From IMG/VR virus record IMGVR_UViG_3300033070_001349, positions 84,483 to 148,482 of that record: a DNA stretch of 64,000 nucleotides, one strand, 5' to 3'. The notes under the pieces were generated by a model. The model did no database searches, was not told where the DNA came from, and saw nothing but the letters and a program-made list of their open reading frames with translations. This DNA is from a virus. Its lineage: Duplodnaviria > Caudoviricetes. The position numbers and the translations under genes were made by a program. Shown in pieces: positions 54,386 to 63,683 of this stretch (its first letter is position 1; each line of letters starts with the position of its first letter).

Positions 54386-57300
54386 ATGGGCATGAACTTC
54401 AACTTCCTCGGCCTCGGCGTCTCCTTCGGGGGACGGGACCAGGGCTTGGAGAGGGAGCAGGGGCTCGTGCATCGGGGCTTCTTGGCGATCAAGGACTCGA
54501 TCGGGGCCCTCGCCGACGCCTCCCCCTTCGAGCGCATGGGCGAGGGGGTTCAGCGCATGGCGGACCACGTCACCGACGTGGTCAATCAGGTCCGAGGGCT
54601 CTCCGAGGGGGTCAACCTCACCACGGGCTACGAGGCCCACATGCAGGCCCTCTCGGTCGAGTCGCGGCGGCTCGGCGCGAACATGGGCTATGCGGGCTCC
54701 CAGCTCAACCGCTTCTCCTCGCGCGCGGCCGGGCTCGCCGACGGGCTCAACATTTCGGCCCAGGACGCCGCGCAGGCGATCGACGCGGTCGCCCGCGGCG
54801 GCGAGGGCCTGCGGCTCGTGGGGATCAGGACGGCCGCCGACGCCGCCCGGTTCCAGGCCTCGGGCCTCGGTGATATCTCGGCCATCTCCTCGCAGATCCA
54901 CCAGATGCGGTCGGAGTACGAGCTCACCGACGCCCAGATCCAACAGGTCATCGGGTCGACGGCCGCGATGGGCCGGGCCACGGGCAACGTCAACGCGGCC
55001 TTCCAGTCGATGGGGGGCGTGATCGACGCCCTGCGGCAGCGCGCGGCCCTCCAGGGGTCCACGCTCGACCCCGCCGAGCTCGCGCGGTCGGCCGCCGAGG
55101 TCCAGGGCCTCGCGGCGGGCTTCTACCAGATGACCCACAACGCCGAGGAGGCCCGCCGGATGGCCCTCGACGTGTTCCAGTCGCAGCTCGGGGCGCAGCA
55201 AAACTGGAGCAATATGTTCGCGGGCACGGAGTCGGACGTGTCCGACTTCGTCACCAACATGAGCGTCGCCCAGGGGGACGTGAATCAGGCCTTCACGCAG
55301 ATGCGGCAGGGCCCGGCGGAGTTCGTCCGCGGCCTCGTCCAGATGTACCGGACGGCGAAGCGCAACGGCCCCGTCACCGCCGAGCAATTCAACTTCCTCC
55401 GGGCGCAGATGGAGCGCGCCCTCGGGCCGCAGTCGGCGCAGATGATGGTCAACTTCATGCGCAGCGCCGACGACGCCGCGCTCGACACCATGACCAGCGT
55501 CCAGGGCGCCACGGCCGACCTCGGGCGGATGGGGCGCGAGGCGCACCGCACGGGGCGTACACTCCAAGAGGAGTTCCAGCGGGTCAAGGACATCGGCACG
55601 GCGAGCTTCCGCTCCATCGGCCGCCACGAGGCCGTCGCGATGGTGCGGGACACCGCGCGTGAGTTTCGCGTCTTCAACGGTGTGATGCGCGACGCGGCGG
55701 CCAGCGGCGGCCCCATGGCGGCCGTCGTCGAGCGGCTCTCGGCCATCCACCAGATCGGCGCCCTCGCCCTCCTCCCGGGCACCCTGCGGCCGATGGCGGT
55801 GCTCTTCGGGCACCTCACCGACCAGCTCGTCCCCCTCATCACCGCCCTCGGCGCCATGGGCTTCCGCGTCGGCGCCCTCCTCAACCCCTACACGCTCGTG
55901 ATCGCGGCGGTGGGGTTCCTGGTCCTCAACTTCTTCGACCTCTACGTGCGGACCCGCTCCGTGAGCGCCGCCTTCGACGGCCTCATCGAGCGCGTGACCA
56001 ACTTCGGCCGGGTCGCGGGGGACTACGCCTCCCGCGCCGCCTCGGCGCTTCTGAACCTCCTCGACGGATGGTCCGAGGAGGCGAGGGCGTGGGCGGAGAC
56101 CTTCGACTGGGGCGGCTTCTTTGCCCGGTGGATCAACCGCGCCCTCCACGCGATCCTCGCGGTGGGCGGGTGGTTCCAGAGCCTCGGGGACAAGGTCTTC
56201 GAGGAGCTCGGGCGCATCTTCACGGGGCAGAACGCGCAGACCCGCGTCGGCGGCATCGTCCAGAACCTCGGCGTGGTCCTCCAGCGGGCCCTCTCCGGGC
56301 TCGGGGACGCGCTCTCGCGTATCGACTGGCGGGCGGCGGGCCGGATCGCCCTCATGGGGCTCCTCGGCGCGATGCTCGGGCCGGTCCTCGGGACGACCGT
56401 GGCGGTTATGCCGTGGGGCCGACTCGGCAAGGCCATCAGCGACGGGCTCAACCGCGCCATGAGCTTCGTCCGCGGCGGCGGGCTCGGGACGTGGCTCACG
56501 ACTCAGTTCCGCTCCATGACCGCCACGATCGCGCGGGAGTGGCCGCCGATCGAGGCCGAGATCATCCGGTGGGCCCGCACCATCCCCCCGAAGATCAGCG
56601 CGGCCATCGCCGGGGGCGGGGACTTCCTCACCCGGCTCTTCACCTTCCTGACGCAGGCGGTCACCGCCGTCCGCCGATGGGTCGAGGACCATCAGGACGA
56701 GATCGTGTCCGCGGTGTCGGCCATCGGGTCCAGGGTCTTCGCTGCCCTCGGGTGGCTCGGGTCTCAGGCGGTCTCCGCGCTGTGGCAGTGGATCCGCCAG
56801 CTCCCCGCGCTCCTCCCGCGCATCGGCGAGTTCATGCAGGCGTCGCTTCTGGCGGCGGCCCGGGGCCTCCAGACCCTCGCGATGGGCCTCGTCGCCTCCA
56901 TCACGACGGCGCTCTCCCGGGCCTTCCCGCAGTATGCCTCGACCTTCGCCTCCGTCCGGCAGATCGCCGACCGGCTCCTCCGGTTCATGTACGACACCTT
57001 CTCCGGCGGCCTCTCCACCGTGTTCAACATGGTGGGGACGACGATCCGGGGGATGGCGTCGGCCTTCACGACCCTCGCGGGCGTCGCGTCGAGCGTGGTC
57101 GACACGATTCAGCACCCGTGGGAGGCGTTCAAGGCGTGGTTCCTGGGGATGTACGCCGAGCTCCGCACGGGGGGCATCCACGCCCTCGTCGCCATCACCG
57201 CGAAGTGGGACGAGGCCAAGGCCTCGATCCTCGCCGCGTGGGAGGAGGTGAAGGGCTACTTCGCCCTCGGGAGCGGCGAGATCCGCGGCTCCTTCGGCGG

Positions 57301-58054
57301 CGCGATCGAGTGGATCGAAGGCAAGTGGGAGTCGTTCAAGGCCAAGGTCCGGTCGGGGATCGACGAGGTCTCCGGGCTCCTCCGCTCGATCTTCGGCGGC
57401 GGCGGCGAGGCGGACCAGGGTGCCCAACGGGCCGGGGGGATGGCCGAGGGGGTCGCCTCGACCGCCCGCTCCGTCGTCACCGACACCACCCGGGCCGTCT
57501 CCGGGGGGATCGTGTCGGGCCTAGTGGGGGCCTTCCGCTCGGGGTTCGGCACCGTTCTCTCCGCCCTAAACGGCTTCAAGGACCGCTTCCTCGACGTGTT
57601 CGCCCGCTTCGGGCGCCTCCTGCGCGACAAGGTGATGGAGGCCCTCGACGGGGCGAGGCAGGCGATCAACAACGCCCTCGCCGGGATCGAGGGGGCCATC
57701 GCCGCCATCACCGGGCGGCTCCGGTCGGCCATGGGCCTAGCCGCCCAGCTTATGACCGCCACGGCGGTAGCCACCCCCGCCCAGGGCACCCCCGGGGCGC
57801 CCGCCCCAGCCGCTACATCGCCCGTCCGCCGCCTCGACCACCCCACCGGCCCGGAGGACCTCCGGCAGGCCATCCACGACCCCCTGTGGGCTCGGACGTA
57901 CATGGCGGTCTTCGACCTTCGCATGGGTCAGCTCGTGGCCGCGGTGGAGCGCGGGGGGCGCAACGGGCAGGCGTCGGGTGGTCGCCGTCAGGACCCCGAC
58001 CGGGGCGGCGGGGACAGGCAACGGACCGAAGAGGGGATCCAGGCAGGCCGATGA
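54386..58054 (+). CDS. tail tape measure protein
   Basis: 1222 aa, Ala/Gly-rich helical, periodic Trp/Phe; follows the chaperone. Confidence 0.88.
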   Translation: MGMNFNFLGLGVSFGGRDQGLEREQGLVHRGFLAIKDSIGALADASPFERMGEGVQRMADHVTDVVNQVRGLSEGVNLTTGYEAHMQALSVESRRLGANMGYAGSQLNRFSSRAAGLADGLNISAQDAAQAIDAVARGGEGLRLVGIRTAADAARFQASGLGDISAISSQIHQMRSEYELTDAQIQQVIGSTAAMGRATGNVNAAFQSMGGVIDALRQRAALQGSTLDPAELARSAAEVQGLAAGFYQMTHNAEEARRMALDVFQSQLGAQQNWSNMFAGTESDVSDFVTNMSVAQGDVNQAFTQMRQGPAEFVRGLVQMYRTAKRNGPVTAEQFNFLRAQMERALGPQSAQMMVNFMRSADDAALDTMTSVQGATADLGRMGREAHRTGRTLQEEFQRVKDIGTASFRSIGRHEAVAMVRDTAREFRVFNGVMRDAAASGGPMAAVVERLSAIHQIGALALLPGTLRPMAVLFGHLTDQLVPLITALGAMGFRVGALLNPYTLVIAAVGFLVLNFFDLYVRTRSVSAAFDGLIERVTNFGRVAGDYASRAASALLNLLDGWSEEARAWAETFDWGGFFARWINRALHAILAVGGWFQSLGDKVFEELGRIFTGQNAQTRVGGIVQNLGVVLQRALSGLGDALSRIDWRAAGRIALMGLLGAMLGPVLGTTVAVMPWGRLGKAISDGLNRAMSFVRGGGLGTWLTTQFRSMTATIAREWPPIEAEIIRWARTIPPKISAAIAGGGDFLTRLFTFLTQAVTAVRRWVEDHQDEIVSAVSAIGSRVFAALGWLGSQAVSALWQWIRQLPALLPRIGEFMQASLLAAARGLQTLAMGLVASITTALSRAFPQYASTFASVRQIADRLLRFMYDTFSGGLSTVFNMVGTTIRGMASAFTTLAGVASSVVDTIQHPWEAFKAWFLGMYAELRTGGIHALVAITAKWDEAKASILAAWEEVKGYFALGSGEIRGSFGGAIEWIEGKWESFKAKVRSGIDEVSGLLRSIFGGGGEADQGAQRAGGMAEGVASTARSVVTDTTRAVSGGIVSGLVGAFRSGFGTVLSALNGFKDRFLDVFARFGRLLRDKVMEALDGARQAINNALAGIEGAIAAITGRLRSAMGLAAQLMTATAVATPAQGTPGAPAPAATSPVRRLDHPTGPEDLRQAIHDPLWARTYMAVFDLRMGQLVAAVERGGRNGQASGGRRQDPDRGGGDRQRTEEGIQAGR

Positions 58055-58377
58055 GCGTCCGTCTCAACCCCCGCTCGCGCCTCGTCGGGACCGAGCTCCT
58101 CGGCCTCGAAGAGCAGCGTTTCGACTTCGTCGAGCTCCCTGAGCTCGTGCCCCAGAGCGACGACGTGACGCACGCCTTCGAGCGGGGGGACACCCTCGCG
58201 ACCCTCGCGACCGCCTACTACCAGGACCCGAAGCTCCAGTACGTGATCGCCCGCGCGAACGGGATCACCCTTTGGCCCTTCGGCCTCGCCCCCGGTCGGT
58301 CGCTCCGCATCCCCTCCGCCCGCTACGTGCTCCAGGTGTGGCTCCCCTCTCTGCGGGCGAGGGCTCGGACCCGATGA
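58051..58377 (+). CDS. LysM-domain baseplate protein (gp53/gpX-like)
   Basis: GDTLATLATAYYQDPKLQYVIARANGI...PGRSLRIP. Confidence 0.8.
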   Translation: MSVRLNPRSRLVGTELLGLEEQRFDFVELPELVPQSDDVTHAFERGDTLATLATAYYQDPKLQYVIARANGITLWPFGLAPGRSLRIPSARYVLQVWLPSLRARARTR

Positions 58378-59786
58378 GCCTCGTCTCCCCGGGTTACGAC
58401 TTCTCGTCCCCCTTCGCCACGGCCACGATCGTCACCGAGCAGGGGGAGCGGGTGCCTCTCTGGTATGCCCCACCCGAGGCCCGCCCGGAGCGAGGGACCA
58501 ACGCCTTCCCCTATGTCACGGAGATCACGGCGAAGATCACCCTCGCCAACATCCCCATCCTCACCGCCCGCCTCACGCCGCCGTACGACGACCTCATCGC
58601 CTTCCTCGACTCGGCCCTCGTCGAGTGGGGCACCTCGAAGCTCGAAGTTCAGTTCGGGTACGCCACGGGCCTCCAGGGGCCCGTGCTTTCCCCGGTCCTC
58701 TCCGGCATCCTCCTCAAGCCGGACGTGCAAGTGTCGGTGGATGGCTCGATCGTCCTGAACGCCCAGGGCCTCTCGACCTTCAACATCGCCTCGCAGGCCG
58801 GGGCGAGGCTCCTCCGCGGCACCCGGCAGGCGATCGTCGAGCGGCTCCTCCTCGGGCCGGACCCGCAGAACCCACGCGACCTCTACCTCGACGACGACGA
58901 GATGATCCGGGCCCCGGCCGAGGTCCGGTCGGCGTGGAACGGCCGGACCATCGAGATCCAACAGGCAGGCGTCTCCGACTGGCAGTGGATCCAGACCCTC
59001 GTGTGGGAGTGCCGGGCCGCCTTCTACATGGTGGGTAACTCCATGAAGGTCTTTCCGCGCGACACCCGCGCGACCGAGCGCCCAACGCGCCACTTCGTCT
59101 ACTACGACTACCCGGGCGGGCAGCTCGGGCCCTCGGCGGCCGACGGGCCGACCTACCCCATCCTCTCCATGTCCTCCCCCTCCATGGGGATCTACCTCCC
59201 TGGCTACCTGCGGGGCTCGGTCCTCCAGGGGGCCTCCTCGGAGACCCGCGGGGCAGACCGGAGGGTGGTGGACGACAGCACCGTCAGGATGGGCCGCACC
59301 GGCTCCGGCGGGGTGAACGAGCGGCCCTCGGCGTCCAACCCGGGCACCGGGCCGCAGGCGGAGGGCTTGGAGGTGTTCCCCGGACAGGCGGCCGACGCCA
59401 GGGTCCGTGAACAGGTTGGCGCGGCGCAGCTAGACTTCGCGCAGCGGGCCGGGATCCGCATGGAGGTGGACACCCTCGGCGTGCCGGACCTCCTCCCCGG
59501 GGAGACCGTCTCCGTGTCTGGGCTCGGAATCCGCCTCTCGGGCCCGCACTACATGATCTTCGAGGTGCTCCACACCGTCGGCACGGGCGGGTACAGCACG
59601 CACATTACGCAATATGCCAACGTGTCGGAGACCTGGACACGGGCCCTCCCCGGGGCCGGGCCCGTGCCGCAGCGGGACCCGATCCAGACCCTCGCCCCGG
59701 GCCAGGAGCGGATCGAGGTTCGGTCCCGCGAGGAGCAACAGCGCCTGGACGACGCTTCGGGCCGTACAGGGGAGGGCATCCTGTGA
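58374..59786 (+). CDS. baseplate hub protein (gp27/gpD-like)
   Basis: QFGY, QAGVSDWQWI, LGVPDLLPGETVSVSGLG..LSG..Y....V.H...GGYST. Confidence 0.78.
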   Translation: MSLVSPGYDFSSPFATATIVTEQGERVPLWYAPPEARPERGTNAFPYVTEITAKITLANIPILTARLTPPYDDLIAFLDSALVEWGTSKLEVQFGYATGLQGPVLSPVLSGILLKPDVQVSVDGSIVLNAQGLSTFNIASQAGARLLRGTRQAIVERLLLGPDPQNPRDLYLDDDEMIRAPAEVRSAWNGRTIEIQQAGVSDWQWIQTLVWECRAAFYMVGNSMKVFPRDTRATERPTRHFVYYDYPGGQLGPSAADGPTYPILSMSSPSMGIYLPGYLRGSVLQGASSETRGADRRVVDDSTVRMGRTGSGGVNERPSASNPGTGPQAEGLEVFPGQAADARVREQVGAAQLDFAQRAGIRMEVDTLGVPDLLPGETVSVSGLGIRLSGPHYMIFEVLHTVGTGGYSTHITQYANVSETWTRALPGAGPVPQRDPIQTLAPGQERIEVRSREEQQRLDDASGRTGEGIL

Positions 59787-60667
59787 ACCTCGCGGAGCTC
59801 ATGGCCGCCGTGTTTCGCCACGGCTTCGAGTACGCCTTCAAGCGCTTCCCCGGGGTCTACCGGGGGACGGTCACCGACGTGAAGGATCCGCAGAAACGGG
59901 GCCGCGTCCGGGCCCTGGTTCCCTCCGTGGGTCCAGAGCCGCTCTCGGCGTGGTTCGACCCGGTCACCCCGCAGGCCGGGCCGCTTCGGGGGTGGTTCAA
60001 CCCCCCGGCGGTCGGGGACGGGGTGCTCGTGGTGTTCGACCTCGGGGACCCCTCCAAGCCCCTCGCGTACCTCGGGGGGTGGTTCGGGTACCCGAGCAAC
60101 CGGAGCGAGCTCCCCGCCGACCTGGGGTATGACACGCAAGGCAACCCGAGGCGGTTCGGGTTCGTGTCGCGCTTCGGGCACGCGCTCATCTTCAACGACA
60201 CCCCTGGCCAGGAGCGCGTCGAGCTCCGGTGGCGGAAGCCCGACTCTGGGGACCGGGCCCTCAACGACTCATCGGTCACGGCGACGACGGGCAAGAGGGC
60301 CGCCCTCTCCTTTGAGCCGGACGGGTCCGTGGTGGTCACGACCGGGCGGGGCGCGTCGATTCGCCTCGACGACACCGCGGAGTCGGTCCGGGTGGCGGAC
60401 GCCAACGGGACGACCGTGACGATCGACTCCGACGGCGTCCGCATCTCCTCCCCGAGCAAGACGGTGAAGGTTGAGGCCGCCGTGGTCGACCTCGACGCTG
60501 TCTCCGTCCGGGTCGGAGGGAACGCTGACCAGCCCATCCCCAGAGGCACCAGCCTTCTCCAGTACCTCGCGACGCACACGCACGGCACGGGGACGGGGCC
60601 CTCGACAACCCCGATCCAGCCCCCCGGCCAGGACCTCCTCTCGGGCACCGCAACCGTAGGACCCTGA
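59783..60667 (+). CDS. baseplate central spike (gp5/gpV/VgrG-like)
   Basis: GVYRGTVTDVKDPQKRGRVRALVP OB fold, PAVGDGVLVVF..GDP, C-terminal THTH. Confidence 0.88.
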   Translation: MNLAELMAAVFRHGFEYAFKRFPGVYRGTVTDVKDPQKRGRVRALVPSVGPEPLSAWFDPVTPQAGPLRGWFNPPAVGDGVLVVFDLGDPSKPLAYLGGWFGYPSNRSELPADLGYDTQGNPRRFGFVSRFGHALIFNDTPGQERVELRWRKPDSGDRALNDSSVTATTGKRAALSFEPDGSVVVTTGRGASIRLDDTAESVRVADANGTTVTIDSDGVRISSPSKTVKVEAAVVDLDAVSVRVGGNADQPIPRGTSLLQYLATHTHGTGTGPSTTPIQPPGQDLLSGTATVGP

Positions 60668-61132
60668 ATGGCGCTCATCCCCTCGACCCTTCGCCGCGGT
60701 CTCCTCGCCTCCGTGAACGGGGCCCCTCGGTCGGTGGCCCAGGCCGCCATGGAGTGGGCCACGGCCTACCGGGACTACGCCATCTCCGCCCAAGCGGGGG
60801 TGGCGCTGTGGGTCCCGAGCGGGACGGAGGTGGCCCGGCTCGCCGCGGCGCTCACACCGGGGCTGAGTCCCCTCGGTACGGCCCAGCTCCTCGCGGAGGG
60901 GTGGGCCAACGGGGTCGGAGCCATGTGGCTCGCGCCTCCGGCGGTCTTCGGTCCGGGGGCGGTCGCGGGGGTGGCGGGCCTCGACGCCCTCAAGGCCTCC
61001 CTCACCGCGTGCTTCCTCAACCGCTTTCAGTCCGTCGACTCAGCCTGCGGTACGATGACCGTGGCGCTCGACGCCGTCACCCGAACCGTCACCGTCGCCA
61101 TACCCGGCGTCGGTGTGGTACCTCTCTCGTAG
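60668..61132 (+). CDS. hypothetical baseplate-module protein
   Basis: ORF between spike and gp25-like gene. Confidence 0.6.
   Translation: MALIPSTLRRGLLASVNGAPRSVAQAAMEWATAYRDYAISAQAGVALWVPSGTEVARLAAALTPGLSPLGTAQLLAEGWANGVGAMWLAPPAVFGPGAVAGVAGLDALKASLTACFLNRFQSVDSACGTMTVALDAVTRTVTVAIPGVGVVPLS
60917..60932 (+). repeat. dispersed palindrome copy 9 (GGAGCCATGTGGCTCG)
   Basis: Symmetric variant GAGCCA-TG-TGGCTC of the core. Confidence 0.75.
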
Positions 61133-61518
61133 TGGTCGCGCTCCGAGGCATAGGGTTCCCGTTTCGACGGGGACCGGAAGGGTTCCCGGCCCCCGCGGTC
61201 GACTCGGAGCTCATCCGGGACTCGATCCGCCAGCTCATGGGGGTTTCCCCCACGGAGCGCCCCATGCGCCCAGGCGTGGGCTCCCAGGCCCTCGCGTTCC
61301 TGTTCGAGTCTACGGAGGCGGACCTCGGCGCCCTGGTGGCGGCGGACACGGCGCAGCTACTCGGTCGCTACGAGCCGCGGATCCAGGTCCTCGCGGTGAA
61401 GGTGCTCGAAGCGGACCGGGCCCGAGGGAGCCTCGTGATCGGTGTCGACTACGCCATCCTCTCCACCGGCATCGCCGAGGGGGTGGAGGTGGTTCTCGGC
61501 GGAGGAGGTCCGGCGTGA
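61132..61518 (+). CDS. baseplate wedge protein (gp25/GPW-like)
   Basis: GIGFPF, IRDSIRQL....P.ERPMRP..GS, YEPRI. Confidence 0.85.
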   Translation: MVALRGIGFPFRRGPEGFPAPAVDSELIRDSIRQLMGVSPTERPMRPGVGSQALAFLFESTEADLGALVAADTAQLLGRYEPRIQVLAVKVLEADRARGSLVIGVDYAILSTGIAEGVEVVLGGGGPA

Positions 61519-63683
61519 GCCCCAGGCCCTTCGACTACGACACCTTTCAGGACGACCTCCTCGGCCGCCTCCAGGTGCGGTTCGCAGCGACCTTCAACGA
61601 CTTCGCGGTGTCGTCCCTGGCGATCGTACTCATGGACGCCGAGTGCTACGGGCTCGACGCCCTGGGGTACTACCTCGACTCGCGCGTGGCCGAGGTGTAC
61701 CTGTCGACGGCGACGACGCGCGGGGCGGTCTCCCGGCTCTGCCGCCAGTTGGGCTACCCCATGCGCGGCGCCTCTGCGGCCACGATGGAGCTCTCCGTGG
61801 CCGTCCCCGACGCGCAGGCCGCGGCGGTCACGATTCCCGCCGGGTTCCAGATCCAGGGGCCCGCGGGGCGCGTGTTCGAGGTGGCCTCGCCGGTCACCTT
61901 CCTCCCGGGCGACACCGGGGGCGCCGTCACCCGCTCCCTCCCTACGGTGGAGGGCACCGCGCAACAGGAGACCTTCGTCTCCGCGGGCACCCCGTCGCAG
62001 GCCTTCCGCCTCCGGCGCATCCCCGAGGGGATGTTCGTCACCTCGGGCTCGATCGAGGTGCGGGTCAACGGGGCCCTGTGGGCGGAGGGGTCCGGCTTCG
62101 GGGCCCTCCAAGAGTACGAGGTGGGCTACAACGACGACCCGCCCTCCGTGCGCTTCGGGGACGGCGTCGTAGGCCTCATCCCCCCTTCCGGTGCCACGGT
62201 CTCTGTCCGCTACCGCGTGTGCTCGGGGGCCTCCGGGCGGACCGAGCAGGGCCTAGTGACCGCCCCCGTGACCGACCTCGTGGTGGGCCTCGCCACCGTC
62301 GCCCTGACGATCACCTCCCCCAACCGCTCCGTCGGCGGGGACGACCCGGAGACCCTCGAAGAGGCCCGGCGCAACGCCCCGACCTACCGCCGGACCCGGG
62401 ACGTGGTCGTGACCCTCTCCGACTACGAGCAGTCGGCCACGGCTTTCGCGGACCCGGTGGCCGGTCGGGTGGCGGTGGCTCAGGCCTCGGCCACGCGGAG
62501 CGCTGCCAGGGACCTAGCGCTCGTGAACCAGCTCGCCGCGATCCGCAGCGCGGCCTCGGCCCCGGTGGGCCCCGTAGACGCGCGGGTAGCCTCTCTCCGG
62601 TCGAAGCTCGGGAGCATCACGTCCGAGCTCGGCGTCCTCCTCGTGAATCTCGGGTACGTGGCGAACGAGGCCGACCGGGTGAACACCGCCGCTACGGGCG
62701 TTCAGGCCGCGGCCCGGTCCGTTGAGGGCGGGGCCTCCGGCCTCGGCGCTACGGCGGCGTCTCAATCGACCGCCGCGGGTCTGGTGCGTGCCGCGGTCCA
62801 GGGCTTTACCGTCGTCTCCTCGCCGACCGCGGAGCAGATCCGACAGTCCACGCTCGACTCCATCCTCTCGAAGCTCGACACGATCGGGGCTGGGGCCGGT
62901 TCGATCACGAGCGCGGGCACCAGCATCGGCGCCCAGGTGGCGACCCTCCTCGCTCAGGTGGCGACCCTCCGAGACGTGGTGGCGACCCTCGGCGCCTTCC
63001 TGACAGACGGCACGGTGCTCTACGCACTGGAGGCCGCGCGCGCGTCCGTAGCCGCGGCCGTGGGTACGGCGGCACCTGCCACGGCGGCCTACGCCGACGT
63101 GGCGGCGATCGAGGCGGCGGTCGTGTCTGACTTCTCGGGCTCCTACGCGGCGATCGACGCGGCGTGCACCGAAATCTACGCCCACGTCGACCAGATCCTC
63201 GCGGCGGACGGGCAGGCCAACCTCATCACCGTCCCGATCCTGTCGAAGGACTCGGCGGGCTTCTACGTCCCGCCCTCCGTCACCCTCCTCGCGGCCCTCC
63301 AGGGTCACCTCGACGCCCGCAAGGGCACCACGCAGACCGTGTCCGTCGTGAGCGGCGGGGCCTTCCTCCTCCCAGCGGTTGTGGCCCTGCGGGTGGGCGT
63401 GCGGTCCGGCTACTCCGCGGTGCTCCTGCAGACCGCGGTCGAGGCGGCGGTCAACGGGATCCTCCGCGGCCGGAGGTTCGGCGTGCCTCTCTACGTCTCG
63501 GACGTGTGGCGGGCAGCCGTGTCCCTAATGGGGGTGGCGTTCGTCAACGTCACGATCGACGGCCACCTCTCCGGGTCCTCAACCCTCACGGACCGGCTCG
63601 ATGCCTCGGGCAACCTCATCCCGCTTTCGGGCGAGATCATCACCAAGGGCACCGTCTCGGTCTCCGTGGAGGCAGCGCCGTGA
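61515..63683 (+). CDS. baseplate J-like wedge protein (gp6-like) with an Ala-rich insertion
   Basis: FDYD, EVYLSTA, LGY, TIPAG, VRFGDGVVG.IPP, GGDDPETLEEARRNAP, VTLSDY. Confidence 0.85.
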   Translation: MSPRPFDYDTFQDDLLGRLQVRFAATFNDFAVSSLAIVLMDAECYGLDALGYYLDSRVAEVYLSTATTRGAVSRLCRQLGYPMRGASAATMELSVAVPDAQAAAVTIPAGFQIQGPAGRVFEVASPVTFLPGDTGGAVTRSLPTVEGTAQQETFVSAGTPSQAFRLRRIPEGMFVTSGSIEVRVNGALWAEGSGFGALQEYEVGYNDDPPSVRFGDGVVGLIPPSGATVSVRYRVCSGASGRTEQGLVTAPVTDLVVGLATVALTITSPNRSVGGDDPETLEEARRNAPTYRRTRDVVVTLSDYEQSATAFADPVAGRVAVAQASATRSAARDLALVNQLAAIRSAASAPVGPVDARVASLRSKLGSITSELGVLLVNLGYVANEADRVNTAATGVQAAARSVEGGASGLGATAASQSTAAGLVRAAVQGFTVVSSPTAEQIRQSTLDSILSKLDTIGAGAGSITSAGTSIGAQVATLLAQVATLRDVVATLGAFLTDGTVLYALEAARASVAAAVGTAAPATAAYADVAAIEAAVVSDFSGSYAAIDAACTEIYAHVDQILAADGQANLITVPILSKDSAGFYVPPSVTLLAALQGHLDARKGTTQTVSVVSGGAFLLPAVVALRVGVRSGYSAVLLQTAVEAAVNGILRGRRFGVPLYVSDVWRAAVSLMGVAFVNVTIDGHLSGSSTLTDRLDASGNLIPLSGEIITKGTVSVSVEAAP

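Noticed and set aside
1173-60932. Dispersed palindrome as a CRISPR or REP-type repeat
   Set aside because: Copies are single, kilobases apart, mostly intragenic and have no spacer structure. No CRISPR array was seen in the window.
46494-63683. Tail module as an eCIS, tailocin or T6SS
   Set aside because: Capsid, portal, protease, terminase and polymerase are contiguous, so this is a phage
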